This document shows, in pieces, positions 1 through 9,676 of a stretch of DNA of 64,000 bases. A model generated the notes under the pieces. It saw nothing but the letters and a program-made list of their open reading frames with translations, had not been told where the DNA came from and did no database searches. The position numbers were made by a program, and so were the translations under genes. Numbering within the stretch: position 1 is the first letter of the stretch; the number at the start of each line of letters is the position of its first letter. This stretch comes from a virus (lineage: Duplodnaviria; Heunggongvirae; Uroviricota; Caudoviricetes), in IMG/VR virus record IMGVR_UViG_3300034104_004745, positions 1-64,000 of that record; one strand, 5' to 3'.

Positions 1-64
1 TATCCTGGGCATATGATACTGTTGCGACCAGAGCTAGAATTGCGATTGTTAAGACCTTTTTCAT
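1..64 (-). CDS. N-terminal fragment (21 aa) of a secreted protein; the gene continues beyond the window start. Sequence is MKKVLTIAILALVATVSYAQD.
   Basis: ATG at 62-64 on the minus strand. A classic Bacteroidetes-style signal peptide ending in AQD, open to the window edge. Confidence 0.4.
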   Translation of the reverse strand, partial: MKKVLTIAILALVATVSYAQD

Positions 65-97
65 GTTTTATTTGTTTTGTGTGTGAATAATAGAATG

Positions 98-105
98 CAA
101 ATATA
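98..105 (-). promoter_or_regulatory. Candidate host-type (Bacteroidetes sigma-A) -7 box, TAtaTTTG in the sense orientation, about 35 nt upstream of the ATG at 64.
   Basis: The plus strand reads CAAATATA, whose reverse complement TATATTTG fits TAnnTTTG. No clear -33 TTTG partner was found. Confidence 0.2.
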
Positions 106-202
106 CTATGATGTTTCTTAATATTCCAACTATTTTATTGATTATTTTAAAAATATTTTTCAGGTATTGATTATCAGTTAGTTATGTTTTCCCCCCGGAA
201 AT

Positions 203-226
203 GAAAAAACCGGCTGGTGTGCCGGC
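203..226 (-). terminator. Rho-independent terminator downstream of CDS 277..1224. Stem CCGGC/GCCGG, then a T-run on the minus strand.
   Basis: AAAAAACCGGCtggtgtGCCGG: a GC stem flanked by an A6 run on the plus strand, which is a T6 run on the minus strand. Confidence 0.5.
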
Positions 227-276
227 TTATCTGACCAGTTAATCTGGTAAGTTCCTAGTCTTATCTGGGGAGTATA

Positions 277-1224
277 TTACACATTATTCTTACATTTAAA
301 ACTACATGCAGTTTTCAAACCTCTATTAAGATCAGTTAGAAAATATACCCTTTCATCTCCGCAATCACATCTAGCAATCATTCTTCTATATGGTTTTCCT
401 GATTTTAGATAGTAAGGTTCCGCATGATCAATAACGGTTAGTTTACCAAATCTATCCCCAGGATTTATATTTACTCTGATGGTATCTTTGGTTGTTGTTT
501 TGTTTTGAGATTGAATTTCAATAGTTGCCCATCTACAATTTTCGGGGCTGTAATCAGCATCGTTATCAATCCTATCTATGGAATGTTGTCTGGATGGTCT
601 TGGTCCCATATCCTCAAAAAAGGTAATAAAAGAATTAACCCATCTATCACATACCTTTATTCCTCTACCACCATATCGATGATACCTATCATTTTTTGGA
701 TTATAACATCTGGACTTCATTGCTGTCCATGTTTGATACTCTACGCTTTTTGTTCTTCCATCGAAAATCCGATCCCTAGATGTGTGACCATGATAACTAA
801 TCTTATTAGTTGGTTTATTTTCCCTTTTTGGTTCTAGACATCCACACGACTTAATTGATCTATTTTTCCTAGTAAATGAAATCAATCTGGTGGCGAATGG
901 ATTATTACAATGAGCACAGATGGCTTCAACATATCTAACAATCGCGCCATTTGGTTGTGTGCGTGTAGGTAGCTCCTTCACAAACTTATGACCATTTGCA
1001 ATAATATCCCCAGGAGAATAACTTAGTTTTTGTTTACAGCCACAATTAACATCTGGCTTATTAAATAATTTTGGTCTAGCTCTTTTAACTATATTCCCAC
1101 AATCACACTTACAAGTATAATAATCATACCTACGATTTCTACCCCCATCATATTTTATGATAGTTTCTGGTCCATCAATAATGGTAAGCATACCAAACTT
1201 ATTTCCAATATATGATTCATTCAT
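277..1224 (-). CDS. Cys-rich modular protein with two zinc-ribbon-like modules (G.KFG.LT.ID ... CKCDCG ... CGC) and a central YxxWxxMxxRC...GGRGIxVCxxW...DMG...SIDRIDN..Y.P.NCRWAT module. Probably a DNA-binding, nuclease-associated (homing-endonuclease-like) protein.
   Basis: 315-aa ORF with an internal duplication of a Cys module. The same module is present in CDS 14369..14923. The family resembles freestanding phage HNH/AP2-like ORFs, but the exact family was not identified. Confidence 0.55.
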   Translation of the reverse strand: MNESYIGNKFGMLTIIDGPETIIKYDGGRNRRYDYYTCKCDCGNIVKRARPKLFNKPDVNCGCKQKLSYSPGDIIANGHKFVKELPTRTQPNGAIVRYVEAICAHCNNPFATRLISFTRKNRSIKSCGCLEPKRENKPTNKISYHGHTSRDRIFDGRTKSVEYQTWTAMKSRCYNPKNDRYHRYGGRGIKVCDRWVNSFITFFEDMGPRPSRQHSIDRIDNDADYSPENCRWATIEIQSQNKTTTKDTIRVNINPGDRFGKLTVIDHAEPYYLKSGKPYRRMIARCDCGDERVYFLTDLNRGLKTACSFKCKNNV

Positions 1225-1315
1225 AGTACTAATATAAGAAATAATCTTTAAATAAAAAAACCGGGATGAAATTATTGATCTTCGTCATATATATAAAAAA
1301 AGACACAATATTACT

Positions 1316-1531
1316 ATGGAGAAATTAATAGGCCACTACAAAGTAATCCTGGAAACCATCTTAGATCCAGAAGGGGAAATAATATACCACAAGGTAAACT
1401 CGCCGATATTCAACGGTAAATCATTAAGGGTAATGAGTGAGGATGAGCTGACGGAAGATATGATTAAGAATCATATACAGGTAACAGATCAATACCATTT
1501 AGATGAATGGTATCCAGATTCCCATATATAG
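1316..1531 (+). CDS. Hypothetical protein (71 aa), the only plus-strand ORF between two minus-strand genes.
   Basis: ATG at 1316. Non-repetitive sequence. The stop runs into a terminator hairpin. Confidence 0.4.
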   Translation: MEKLIGHYKVILETILDPEGEIIYHKVNSPIFNGKSLRVMSEDELTEDMIKNHIQVTDQYHLDEWYPDSHI

Positions 1532-1554
1532 AAAAAAACCGGCTGGCGCCGGCT
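1531..1554 (-). terminator. Rho-independent terminator (AACCGGCtggcGCCGG, then a T-run on the minus strand) downstream of CDS 1566..2357.
   Basis: GC-rich hairpin with A7 on the plus strand (T7 on minus). Same hairpin family as the terminators at 203, 5032, 7918 and 18093. Confidence 0.5.
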
Positions 1555-1565
1555 CTTAAAATAAA

Positions 1566-2357
1566 TTAATTAAATGCGGGTAAATCATCTCCTTCCCAGG
1601 TGGATTCTCCAGATCTTGCCACGAATCCTGCCAACCATTTTGATCCTTCTTCATATCGCTTTACATCTTGATCACTTATATTCAGATAGCCAAGATTATT
1701 CAAGTTCTTCTGTACGCTATATCTAAGTAATTCTGGATTATCACTCATATAGAAATCACAATTAACCTCATAATATTTTCCTTTCTCAGTTAGATATTCA
1801 TATATCTTTGAAACTCTATATCCTTTGGTTTTATATAGATTATACCCTATTACAGAAATTCTGCTACCATCTTCATTATCTACCTTTGATATTAAAAATA
1901 CCACGTTTCTTTTCTTTTCCTTTGTTTCTTTGGATAGTTCAAATTGAGATGAATCTGCTTTTAATGTTACATTGAATCCCAGATTCATTGCATTGATCCT
2001 ATCCATCTCTTCAATGAATCTATAATCATGTCCGGCATTTATATGTTTTTGTAACCAATAGATATGAATCATTTCATGTGCTAATACATTTTTGAAATGT
2101 TTATATGTGATTGCCAAGAATTTGGATATGCTTAGTGATTTAATAACAACTTCACCCGTGCGTCTGAATTTTTGTGCTTTAACTTGTCCGTGGGCTGATC
2201 TTGTCCTATTCCACATCATTTCAATTGGATATAGTTCATTATTAAACAATAGGGCGTTTAATTTATCAAATTCATGCTGAAGATTTATTTCATTAAAATC
2301 CACGATCTCATCATCAGCATATTCCTTAGCCTCATTTATAATATATAATAACTTCAT
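1566..2357 (-). CDS. SprT-like zinc metallopeptidase domain protein (HEMIH motif).
   Basis: LAHEMIHIYW contains HExxH in a SprT-like context. 263 aa. Confidence 0.45.
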   Translation of the reverse strand: MKLLYIINEAKEYADDEIVDFNEINLQHEFDKLNALLFNNELYPIEMMWNRTRSAHGQVKAQKFRRTGEVVIKSLSISKFLAITYKHFKNVLAHEMIHIYWLQKHINAGHDYRFIEEMDRINAMNLGFNVTLKADSSQFELSKETKEKKRNVVFLISKVDNEDGSRISVIGYNLYKTKGYRVSKIYEYLTEKGKYYEVNCDFYMSDNPELLRYSVQKNLNNLGYLNISDQDVKRYEEGSKWLAGFVARSGESTWEGDDLPAFN

Positions 2358-2372
2358 GTATATAAATATTAT
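2358..2372 (-). promoter_or_regulatory. Start-proximal conserved motif, sense ATAATATTTATATAC immediately 5' of the ATG (plus strand gTATATAAATATtat).
   Basis: One instance of the recurring TATAAATAT core found directly upstream of many start codons (see findings). Confidence 0.35.
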
Positions 2373-2830
2373 ACAAACCAGCTTGGGATATCTCTTAACT
2401 TCCAGGATGAGAATGTTCTTTTCTCTCCCATATAGTACTGTCTATAGGATTGGATGGGATTAATAGACTTATACTCGTCCGGCATGGCTAGAGGTGGGGC
2501 AGTGAATCTTATATCCTTTATCTTCGGGTGATTATCACAGCACCATAGAATAACATCATAGGACTTATGGGTCTTTCCATATCTATGCTTATATTCATAA
2601 CATAAATGTATTCCCAGTTCACATAACCAGATATAGTTATGTAGATCTTCCCTGGTCCATTTGGCACTAGGATGGTTTGCATGGGATAGTTTATAAGGGG
2701 CGGTTGATCCTGTCATCCAATGGGCACCACATAGTAACTGGGCGGTCTCCAGAATCATCTTAACCACATGCTTATCATTATGATACTGAGCACATTTGGC
2801 TGGGGATTTGTCCAAATAGAATATGTTCAT
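2369..2830 (-). CDS. Hypothetical protein (153 aa); conserved-looking DKHVVKMILETAQLL block.
   Basis: ATG-initiated ORF that packs tightly against its neighbours. Confidence 0.55.
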   Translation of the reverse strand: MNIFYLDKSPAKCAQYHNDKHVVKMILETAQLLCGAHWMTGSTAPYKLSHANHPSAKWTREDLHNYIWLCELGIHLCYEYKHRYGKTHKSYDVILWCCDNHPKIKDIRFTAPPLAMPDEYKSINPIQSYRQYYMGEKRTFSSWKLRDIPSWFV

Positions 2831-2832
2831 AT

Positions 2833-3234
2833 CTATTTTGTTAAAAGGTGAAAGGTTAAAAACAATTGAGCATAGTGAAGCACCTGGTCAAATCCAATAA
2901 TGGTAAATGCTCCGAAGTTCGGGATTGGTGATCCATAATGGTTATTTGCAAATCTTTTGCTTACAATCCTGCTGGTAATATAATCCGTTGCGAAATGAGC
3001 CACGAATGTGATCAATGTGAATGCTAGTGAATGGATAACATACCACTCAGTTGTTTCTGTTGGTCTTGCATATCCAAGTAATAAACAAGAAGCAAATAAC
3101 CAGAAGGTAGAATATACCCTCACATGGTGGAATAGTGCCATGTTGTTCTTGCTTTTATTGATGGCCCATTCTTCGGCCTGAAAGATGAAATCCGCAATGA
3201 AGTGGATTACAATCATTAAAAATGGTATTAACAT
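2833..3234 (-). CDS. Integral membrane protein (133 aa, 4 predicted TM segments).
   Basis: Several hydrophobic stretches. ATG start. Confidence 0.55.
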   Translation of the reverse strand: MLIPFLMIVIHFIADFIFQAEEWAINKSKNNMALFHHVRVYSTFWLFASCLLLGYARPTETTEWYVIHSLAFTLITFVAHFATDYITSRIVSKRFANNHYGSPIPNFGAFTIIGFDQVLHYAQLFLTFHLLTK

Positions 3235-3244
3235 ATTGTTTTAT

Positions 3245-3556
3245 TTAAATTGCTTCGCTGTATTGTTTATGATCTTCTACCACCTCTTCAATGAACGGCT
3301 GGTTCTCCAATTGCTCAATAACAATATTGATTGCTTCAGGATATTTGGTATGCCCGGATTGGAAATATACGGATGTTAAACCCAATACCTCATTGTTGAT
3401 ATAATGACGGTTCTTACCCTTGGCATTTAATATCTCATGATCCATGGACACGTCATCCCAATCATCAAGCACACATTGGTGCCCACCTTTGATTTTGTGG
3501 TGTAATCTCACAATATTATTGTGAGAAAAATTCTTGATAAATTCTCCTAATTTCAT
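3245..3556 (-). CDS. Hypothetical protein (103 aa).
   Basis: ORF with an ATG start at 3556. Confidence 0.5.
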   Translation of the reverse strand: MKLGEFIKNFSHNNIVRLHHKIKGGHQCVLDDWDDVSMDHEILNAKGKNRHYINNEVLGLTSVYFQSGHTKYPEAINIVIEQLENQPFIEEVVEDHKQYSEAI

Positions 3557-3721
3557 GGTTTTGTTGTTATGAGTTTCATATTATTTTATTTTAATTAAAA
3601 GATTTCCATACGGTATCAGAGATCTCCATACTTAATCCTAGATTATTTGTTATTAAAACCCCAAAATTTGTTTTTATTACTTTGGGATTACCGTTTATGA
3701 TTAACCCATTAGCGAATTTTA

Positions 3722-4141
3722 TCATAACACCTCAGTTAAGATCCTCCATTCCCTTAACAACGTACCATCAAAAGTACATTCAACTGGAACACCTTTAAGT
3801 TTATCAACACTACTTACTTTCGCTTCTTTTAATAACTTCGATAAGAACCTCATGGTTTCATCATAACCTTTTGTTCTATCCTTTTCAGTCCATTTACAAT
3901 TCTCCGTGTGTTTAATAGTTTCGGCATCCCAACTTCCTTTAAAGTCATTTACACCCCAACCATTAGCGGATAACGTGACAGTTAATCCCAACATAGCGTC
4001 TTGATAACCCCCATGTCCGAATCTAACTGATTCGATTTTTCCTAATTTCTTTTCCATATTAATAATTTTTAAGTAACCCAAATAAGAAACTGATTTGAAT
4101 GAATCCTCTTTGTCCCCACTCAATATAAAGTAGACATTCAT
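3722..4141 (-). CDS. Hypothetical protein (139 aa).
   Basis: ORF with an ATG start at 4141. Confidence 0.5.
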   Translation of the reverse strand: MNVYFILSGDKEDSFKSVSYLGYLKIINMEKKLGKIESVRFGHGGYQDAMLGLTVTLSANGWGVNDFKGSWDAETIKHTENCKWTEKDRTKGYDETMRFLSKLLKEAKVSSVDKLKGVPVECTFDGTLLREWRILTEVL

Positions 4142-4219
4142 TGTTATTGATTTCCAATAATGAAAACCATGACCTACCTTTTCTTTCGATGTATATGTCG
4201 AATAGTTCTAAGTTTAATC

Positions 4220-4393
4220 TCATATTAAATTATAATATTTTAAGATGTAAATGATTGAAAGGACAACCCCACCAATACCTGAAAGTCTTGCGAAAATCTT
4301 GTGGACAATGTTGCCGTTATTTACCGAAGCCACGGTGAAGAAAAGTGACGTTGGTAGAGTCACAAATGATAAAATTAATCCGATAATTGCCAT
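4220..4393 (-). CDS. Small membrane protein (57 aa), below the ORF-track size cut-off.
   Basis: ATG at 4391-4393. Two hydrophobic segments. Fills the gap between 4141 and 4398. Confidence 0.3.
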   Translation of the reverse strand: MAIIGLILSFVTLPTSLFFTVASVNNGNIVHKIFARLSGIGGVVLSIIYILKYYNLI

Positions 4394-4397
4394 AATT

Positions 4398-5000
4398 TTA
4401 ATTTATATTTAATGAGTCTGGATAATATAATAATGTTGGATTCTTCTTTTGAATATCAATATCTGGGTATTGTTTTTTGAATTCCATGACATCAAATCGT
4501 TTTGTGATTAGGTGATATCCGTTCTTTGTTGGAATGCACACTTCATTCTTGCTACCTTCAGGTCTTAGTCCATCAATAAACAAAGATACCCTCTGAACTT
4601 CTTCAATACTCTTATCATCAATATCAACAATCCATCTCTTCTCCAGGGTTTTAAGCTGACCAACCACACTATCAAATACATTCTTTTGATTCAACTGTCC
4701 GGATTGGATTCTGGTAACGATCTCCGTGATCATATTCATCCCCACATCCCTATGATTCTGTTTGCTAACATGAATATAAGCGCGAGCTTTGAATACCTCA
4801 CATAACATCTTAACCTCATCATACCTTTTATCAAGATATTCCAATGAGGTTACACAATATGATTTAATGGTTCTAACCGACTGATGATTCGCCTTGTCTG
4901 TTGTCTGGTCCTTCTTTCTTAGTAGAACAAACAACTGATAGAAATCCCCATCGTCAGAGAAATTAAGCAATGGCTTTATGAGATTAATGTTATCAATCAT
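4398..5000 (-). CDS. Hypothetical protein (200 aa).
   Basis: ATG at 5000. No recognisable motifs. Confidence 0.55.
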   Translation of the reverse strand: MIDNINLIKPLLNFSDDGDFYQLFVLLRKKDQTTDKANHQSVRTIKSYCVTSLEYLDKRYDEVKMLCEVFKARAYIHVSKQNHRDVGMNMITEIVTRIQSGQLNQKNVFDSVVGQLKTLEKRWIVDIDDKSIEEVQRVSLFIDGLRPEGSKNEVCIPTKNGYHLITKRFDVMEFKKQYPDIDIQKKNPTLLYYPDSLNIN

Positions 5001-5031
5001 AAAGCAAATGTAGACAATATTTTTAATATTC

Positions 5032-5060
5032 CAAAAAAAAACCGGAAAATCATTCCGGTT
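5032..5060 (-). terminator. Rho-independent terminator (AACCGGAAaatcaTTCCGGTT) with T9 on the minus strand, downstream of CDS 5067..6578.
   Basis: Perfect 8-bp stem plus A9 on the plus strand (T9 on minus). Confidence 0.55.
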
Positions 5061-5066
5061 ATATGT

Positions 5067-6578
5067 TTAGTTTTGATAATTTGCGAATCGATTAAACTCT
5101 TCTGTAATCTTATCTTTAGATTTCTTCGGGGCTTTTGGTGTGGATAATCTACCTATGACTGTAGACTTGAGACCATTATACTCTTCATGCTTCTTAACAT
5201 CAGAGATAAAGGTAAACATATCACCCTTATTATAATCACCATATAATTGTTCTGTACCCTCAGATGTTCTTAGTGCTGTGGATAGTTCACCGAACTTCTT
5301 AATACTATTACCATCTGTATCTTCAAATGACCATATGTTTCCATCACCAAATTGGCTAACGAAACTTCTATGGCTTTTAAGTGTTAGATCCGTGAACAAC
5401 ATCTTCTCACCAACCGTTCCAACAAATTCACTTGGTTTCTTCTCACCCATCGCCAGAACCTCCATATATTTGTGGACAGCATAGATTAATTTGCTACATT
5501 CTAATACTCTAAACTCTCCGGTTTCAAGCATTCTCTTGATTTCTGTTTGGAACATACCAAATCCTGATTCTGGATCTTTAACTTCAACTGAAGCCCAATA
5601 TGCTTTTAGTTTATTTGTAAGATCGTTATCTGGTTGAAAGCTATGAACCCTCTCATCATTAAACATAATCTCTTCACATAAATCGGCAGTTGCTTTACCT
5701 TGATTAGTTCTTATATACTCATAATCCGATCTCCATGCACTTATCTGTGTTTCTTGCTTATATCCCAATTTTTTAACATAACCTCTATCATCCAAAGCAT
5801 ATTTAACAACCGCTACCGCTACTGGTAATGGAATCGCAATCATAAAAGGAGAAACACGTTTCTTTCCACCACCATAAGAATCCTCCTCATCAAAATCACC
5901 AAGAGTGCGGTTCAATAACTCAAAAAAATCTATGGCTTTAATAAACTTTGCTGGATCAATTCCGAATACCTTCTTAACACAATCACCACCAAATCTTTTA
6001 TATTCACCAGTGGATTGCTGTTTAACAACCCAGCTCTTACCTCTATATCTATTAAGATGACAAAGATCACATTCTTGAGAAGGTTGAGTTAATTCTCCTG
6101 GCATTGGTGAATCACCAATTTTTACAGAACCACCACTTACGTTATCCACCACGCCTAATACTTCATAGTCAGGTAGTTGGAACATGTGTTTAACATTAAC
6201 TGTAACCGGAATCAAATCAACATAGTATTTGTACTTACCCCAAATCTCATCATAATGAACCCCTTTCCTTATTTTATCAGAAACAATAATCTCGGGTTCT
6301 GGAATTCTAAATTTTTTACTCATCTTTTTGATGGTCTCGACAGCTTTTTTCAAAGAAAATTCACTAGATACATGAAACTTATATTCCCTGAATATTTGCT
6401 TGGGTAGATCCACACTATCATCATCTTGATTAATATTGTCAGCATCAACCATAGCATCAGCTGTGGCAATAGCTTTCATATCTTCTTCAGAATCAACAGG
6501 TTCGTTAAAATTTTCCTCGTTTTCGGCCAAACGATTCACCAAATCGGTGTCTTCTTTAATAATGTCTAGAAATTTCAT
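5067..6578 (-). CDS. Hypothetical protein (503 aa). The start is re-called to the ATG at 6578; the track start at 6674 overlaps the divergent gene.
   Basis: Long ORF. CDLCH...GGDC Cys motifs. No family recognised. Confidence 0.55.
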   Translation of the reverse strand: MKFLDIIKEDTDLVNRLAENEENFNEPVDSEEDMKAIATADAMVDADNINQDDDSVDLPKQIFREYKFHVSSEFSLKKAVETIKKMSKKFRIPEPEIIVSDKIRKGVHYDEIWGKYKYYVDLIPVTVNVKHMFQLPDYEVLGVVDNVSGGSVKIGDSPMPGELTQPSQECDLCHLNRYRGKSWVVKQQSTGEYKRFGGDCVKKVFGIDPAKFIKAIDFFELLNRTLGDFDEEDSYGGGKKRVSPFMIAIPLPVAVAVVKYALDDRGYVKKLGYKQETQISAWRSDYEYIRTNQGKATADLCEEIMFNDERVHSFQPDNDLTNKLKAYWASVEVKDPESGFGMFQTEIKRMLETGEFRVLECSKLIYAVHKYMEVLAMGEKKPSEFVGTVGEKMLFTDLTLKSHRSFVSQFGDGNIWSFEDTDGNSIKKFGELSTALRTSEGTEQLYGDYNKGDMFTFISDVKKHEEYNGLKSTVIGRLSTPKAPKKSKDKITEEFNRFANYQN

Positions 6579-6696
6579 ACCAATAAATATTTGATGTATA
6601 ATGTTTGCACAAATGTAGAATATATTTTTGATACCACAAAAAAACCGGGTTAATATTTTATATACTTCCAACAATATTCTTCATATATTTATCAGT

Positions 6697-7911
6697 ATGA
6701 GGATATTATTGAACAAAGCACAAGTTAGTAGAATTATTGAAAATTATAATAATTCCAAAAATATAATTAAAGAAGAAACTGGTGGATTTTTTGCGAAACT
6801 ACCCCCAGGCTTCTCACAAGACGACTTTCTAAGTCCAGAACAAGCATGTGGTGCACAAGAAGAAGTTACTGAGGAAAACCAAACCCTAGACGATTTAAAA
6901 TTTGCTGCGCAATCCAGAGTAGACTCATTATTAAAAAGAAGAGCCGCTGGGGAAAAACATAGAAAAGGTGATCCTATTCTTCATTCATCGGTAGTTAGCA
7001 AAGTAGTGGATGAAAATGGTGTAGAAATAGATAAAGAAAAATTAAAAGCATTATTCTCCACAAGACCAGCAAGAATTATTAATGACACCAATAATAAATT
7101 ATTAAAATTAAACACCGTTGCAATAACAATGCCCACTTTCATGGGCTTAATGCATGATGAAACAGAAAATGTCCTAAGAATTGTAAATACCTGTCCCAAC
7201 GCAAAAGATTGCGTATTCAGTTGTTACACATTGAAGGGGCATTATACAATGTACGATGCCTCATCTAAAAAATCTTGTCAATCCCTTACATATCTTTTTA
7301 ACGATTATATGGGTTGGAAAAATCAAGTTCTCAGAGAATTAGAAGAGATACAATATAAAATAGAAAGACCTATATTAAGATGGCATGATGCTGGTGATTT
7401 TATGTCACGTAAGTATCTAGAAATCGCTATAGACATCGCCAAAGCCACTCCTGATGTTCAACACTATGCTTATACAAAAGAAGTGTCCCTTTTAAAATCA
7501 GCTAAATTGCCACCAAATTTCGAAATAACATTTTCGGAGGGAGGTAAAGAAGACATGTTAATAGATAAAACAAAAGAAAGATATTCAACAATTATATACA
7601 ACCAACCAGATAAAAATAAAAAAGCTAAAATCATAATTGATTTTAAAAAATATTATGATCAAAAGAAAATAGGTAGAGATAAAGACACATCCATTATATG
7701 GGTACCAAAGAGTGATGAACATATAATAGAGTTTAAAAAAGAACTATCAAAAGAAGCAGGTTTAGAATTGAGCTCTATTCTAACACTTAGAGAACTATTA
7801 AGAGTACCTGATAAACAAGAACGGATATACAATGTTATTGTTACCCCTAGCGATTCGGATTCTGCTGCAATTAGAAAAGACGTGTTGGGTATATTCTTAC
7901 TATACCATTAA
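6697..7911 (+). CDS. Hypothetical protein (404 aa). The start is re-called to the ATG at 6697 (MRILLNK).
   Basis: Plus-strand ORF divergent from 5067..6578. The upstream sequence carries AATATTTTATATAC and ATATATTTAT motif copies. Confidence 0.55.
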   Translation: MRILLNKAQVSRIIENYNNSKNIIKEETGGFFAKLPPGFSQDDFLSPEQACGAQEEVTEENQTLDDLKFAAQSRVDSLLKRRAAGEKHRKGDPILHSSVVSKVVDENGVEIDKEKLKALFSTRPARIINDTNNKLLKLNTVAITMPTFMGLMHDETENVLRIVNTCPNAKDCVFSCYTLKGHYTMYDASSKKSCQSLTYLFNDYMGWKNQVLRELEEIQYKIERPILRWHDAGDFMSRKYLEIAIDIAKATPDVQHYAYTKEVSLLKSAKLPPNFEITFSEGGKEDMLIDKTKERYSTIIYNQPDKNKKAKIIIDFKKYYDQKKIGRDKDTSIIWVPKSDEHIIEFKKELSKEAGLELSSILTLRELLRVPDKQERIYNVIVTPSDSDSAAIRKDVLGIFLLYH

Positions 7912-7917
7912 TGATAA

Positions 7918-7957
7918 ACAAAAAACCGGATGTTTATTCCGGTTCTAAGCTTTTTTT
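7918..7957. terminator. Bidirectional rho-independent terminator between convergent genes: AACCGGAtgtttatTCCGGTT, with T7 downstream on the plus strand and A5 upstream.
   Basis: 7-bp GC stem with T-runs available on both strands. Confidence 0.5.
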
Positions 7958-8328
7958 AAATTGGTTTTATCAAATATTAGGATATTCAATCCATTTTCAA
8001 ACCCATCATAATCCTTGGACATTAGGAACTTAATTAGTTCGGGGGTTGGTTCATAGATATACTCTTCAGGATCTGTCATAGGATCAAAGGTGTCAATGAG
8101 AGATTCCCATTCAGAATAATCATATACCACATCTACTATCTTAAGATTGGTGGGTATAAGGTATTTTGTAACTTGGCCATACTCAGCAGCAAACTCTTCA
8201 TCTTCACTTACCCATATAGAATCGCCAACATGTTCATGCGTTTCACCTCTATACACTTCGGTATATGACATATCTGGCACATCTTCCAGGTCTTCTAATA
8301 TTGCTTTAAGTATTGTTCTAAACTTCAT
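7945..8328 (-). CDS. Acidic hypothetical protein (127 aa). Its N-terminus MKFRTILKAILED is shared with CDS 9677..11926.
   Basis: ORF. Paralogous N-terminal module (see findings). Confidence 0.5.
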   Translation of the reverse strand: MKFRTILKAILEDLEDVPDMSYTEVYRGETHEHVGDSIWVSEDEEFAAEYGQVTKYLIPTNLKIVDVVYDYSEWESLIDTFDPMTDPEEYIYEPTPELIKFLMSKDYDGFENGLNILIFDKTNLKKA

Positions 8329-8330
8329 CT

Positions 8331-8831
8331 TTATTCATATTGCTTGGAATCAATAAACTTCTGACCTTGGTCAGTGGGTTCATCAAATATAATTTGGTCT
8401 TGTGATATATTAAAATCCTTTCTTAGTTCCTGAATCATGTATGTGTTAATACCTTGTCTTCTCATATTGGGATTAACGGTCATCATATTGATTTGTAATG
8501 TTTTATTCTCCTCATCCCAAAACCCTTCTATAATACCCATTAGATGTTCAATACCTTTTTTGGTTTTTTGAAATTGTTTTGTCCAAATCTTGTTTAATAA
8601 ATCTTGTCCACCTATTTGCATTCCGTCTGGCCTTGGGAAAGTAATAAAACTATATTCACCACTTTGTAATTTGGATAACGCATCAGGGTCATCATATAAC
8701 CACGCGTATACCGTACCTTCTTGTAATATTTCTCTCCTACCTGATAAATGTATTAGTACTTCATTAAATGGGGCTTTATCTTCCACACCCATTACTTCTT
8801 TAATCCTTTGTATGTTCTCTTGTAAGTTCAT
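8331..8831 (-). CDS. Hypothetical protein (166 aa); weak GNAT-like RRQGIN motif.
   Basis: ORF only. The family assignment is weak. Confidence 0.5.
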   Translation of the reverse strand: MNLQENIQRIKEVMGVEDKAPFNEVLIHLSGRREILQEGTVYAWLYDDPDALSKLQSGEYSFITFPRPDGMQIGGQDLLNKIWTKQFQKTKKGIEHLMGIIEGFWDEENKTLQINMMTVNPNMRRQGINTYMIQELRKDFNISQDQIIFDEPTDQGQKFIDSKQYE

Positions 8832-8840
8832 ATTATTATT

Positions 8841-9623
8841 TTAATATATTGAGAATTTATCCTTTAGGTAATCAATCATATCCCCAAATCTTTTAAAGTT
8901 TTGTTTATCTTCATCACCAGTATCATATAATTGAATTTCTAGGTTAAATCCGTAGTCAAAATATATCTCAATATAAACAGCACCATAATCAGCATTTAGA
9001 ATCGCATCGGTATATCCACCCACATGACCTCTTTTGTCAAAATCAAACGTACTCTCCCATCTCCAATAATCATCATCAGCATTTGGATCATTATTAATTT
9101 GTGCTAATAAATCCAACAATATTTCTTTTTCATCTTTATCATTTTCAAATACTTCAGGGTATATACTATTCATAAAAACAAATATTAAACCATCTCTTCC
9201 TTTATCATATTTAACATTTGGATATTTTTTGGTCAGGAATCTGAAGTAAATCTTCATTCTTATGGGGTCGATGAAAATATAATCGCTATCACCTTCACCT
9301 CTTGCACCAGAGAATACTATCTTCTTTATTCTATATTTGGCCACAGCTTCTTTAACAATAGCGTCCACCGTATAAAGAACAGTGTTTAAGTGAGTAACAT
9401 CCTTTCCGGTTCTATATGCCACATTATCTTGACCAACCACACCGAAACCTAATTCAAATAGTTGTCTATCTTCTGTACCAAGTAGTGTTACCACGTACTC
9501 AATGTCATCAATATTAAAACTATATTCAATCCGATTCTCAACTTCCTTTGTTTGTTGGAATGGCATTATCTCATACTCTAATAATAAATTCTTTAACTGA
9601 TTTTCCGTGATTAATATCTTCAT
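8841..9623 (-). CDS. Hypothetical protein (260 aa).
   Basis: ATG at 9623, preceded by the TATATAAATAT motif. Confidence 0.55.
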   Translation of the reverse strand: MKILITENQLKNLLLEYEIMPFQQTKEVENRIEYSFNIDDIEYVVTLLGTEDRQLFELGFGVVGQDNVAYRTGKDVTHLNTVLYTVDAIVKEAVAKYRIKKIVFSGARGEGDSDYIFIDPIRMKIYFRFLTKKYPNVKYDKGRDGLIFVFMNSIYPEVFENDKDEKEILLDLLAQINNDPNADDDYWRWESTFDFDKRGHVGGYTDAILNADYGAVYIEIYFDYGFNLEIQLYDTGDEDKQNFKRFGDMIDYLKDKFSIY

Positions 9624-9676
9624 GTATATAAATATTTTAATTCCAATAACCGTGAGACTTAAGGTAGAAGTCCGGA

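Noticed and set aside
505-837. A plus-strand 110-aa ORF nested antisense in CDS 277..1224, plus similar nested or antisense ORFs (2092..2280, 5278..5484, 6177..6407, 8147..8356, 8590..8844, 10433..10627, 11220..11710, 11972..12199, 12453..12683, 12985..13182, 13251..13607, 15872..16429, 17933..18139, 18312..18494, 19227..19412, 21009..21245, 23462..23656, 25182..25394, 26297..26515, 27632..27874, 29696..30025, 29734..29976, 31862..32119, 34719..35249, 36882..37085, 38544..38780, 39256..39471, 42075..42257, 42851..43114, 47930..48280, 49036..49263, 49841..50026, 53788..54204, 56188..57762, 57962..63688).
   Set aside because: All lie within or antisense to longer ORFs that have recognisable domains or better operon context. 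Their translations are low-complexity and AT-codon driven.
4060-4221. A minus-strand 54-aa ORF overlapping the start of CDS 3722..4141 in another frame.
   Set aside because: It overlaps a better-supported gene start by more than 80 nt in a different frame and has no motif support.
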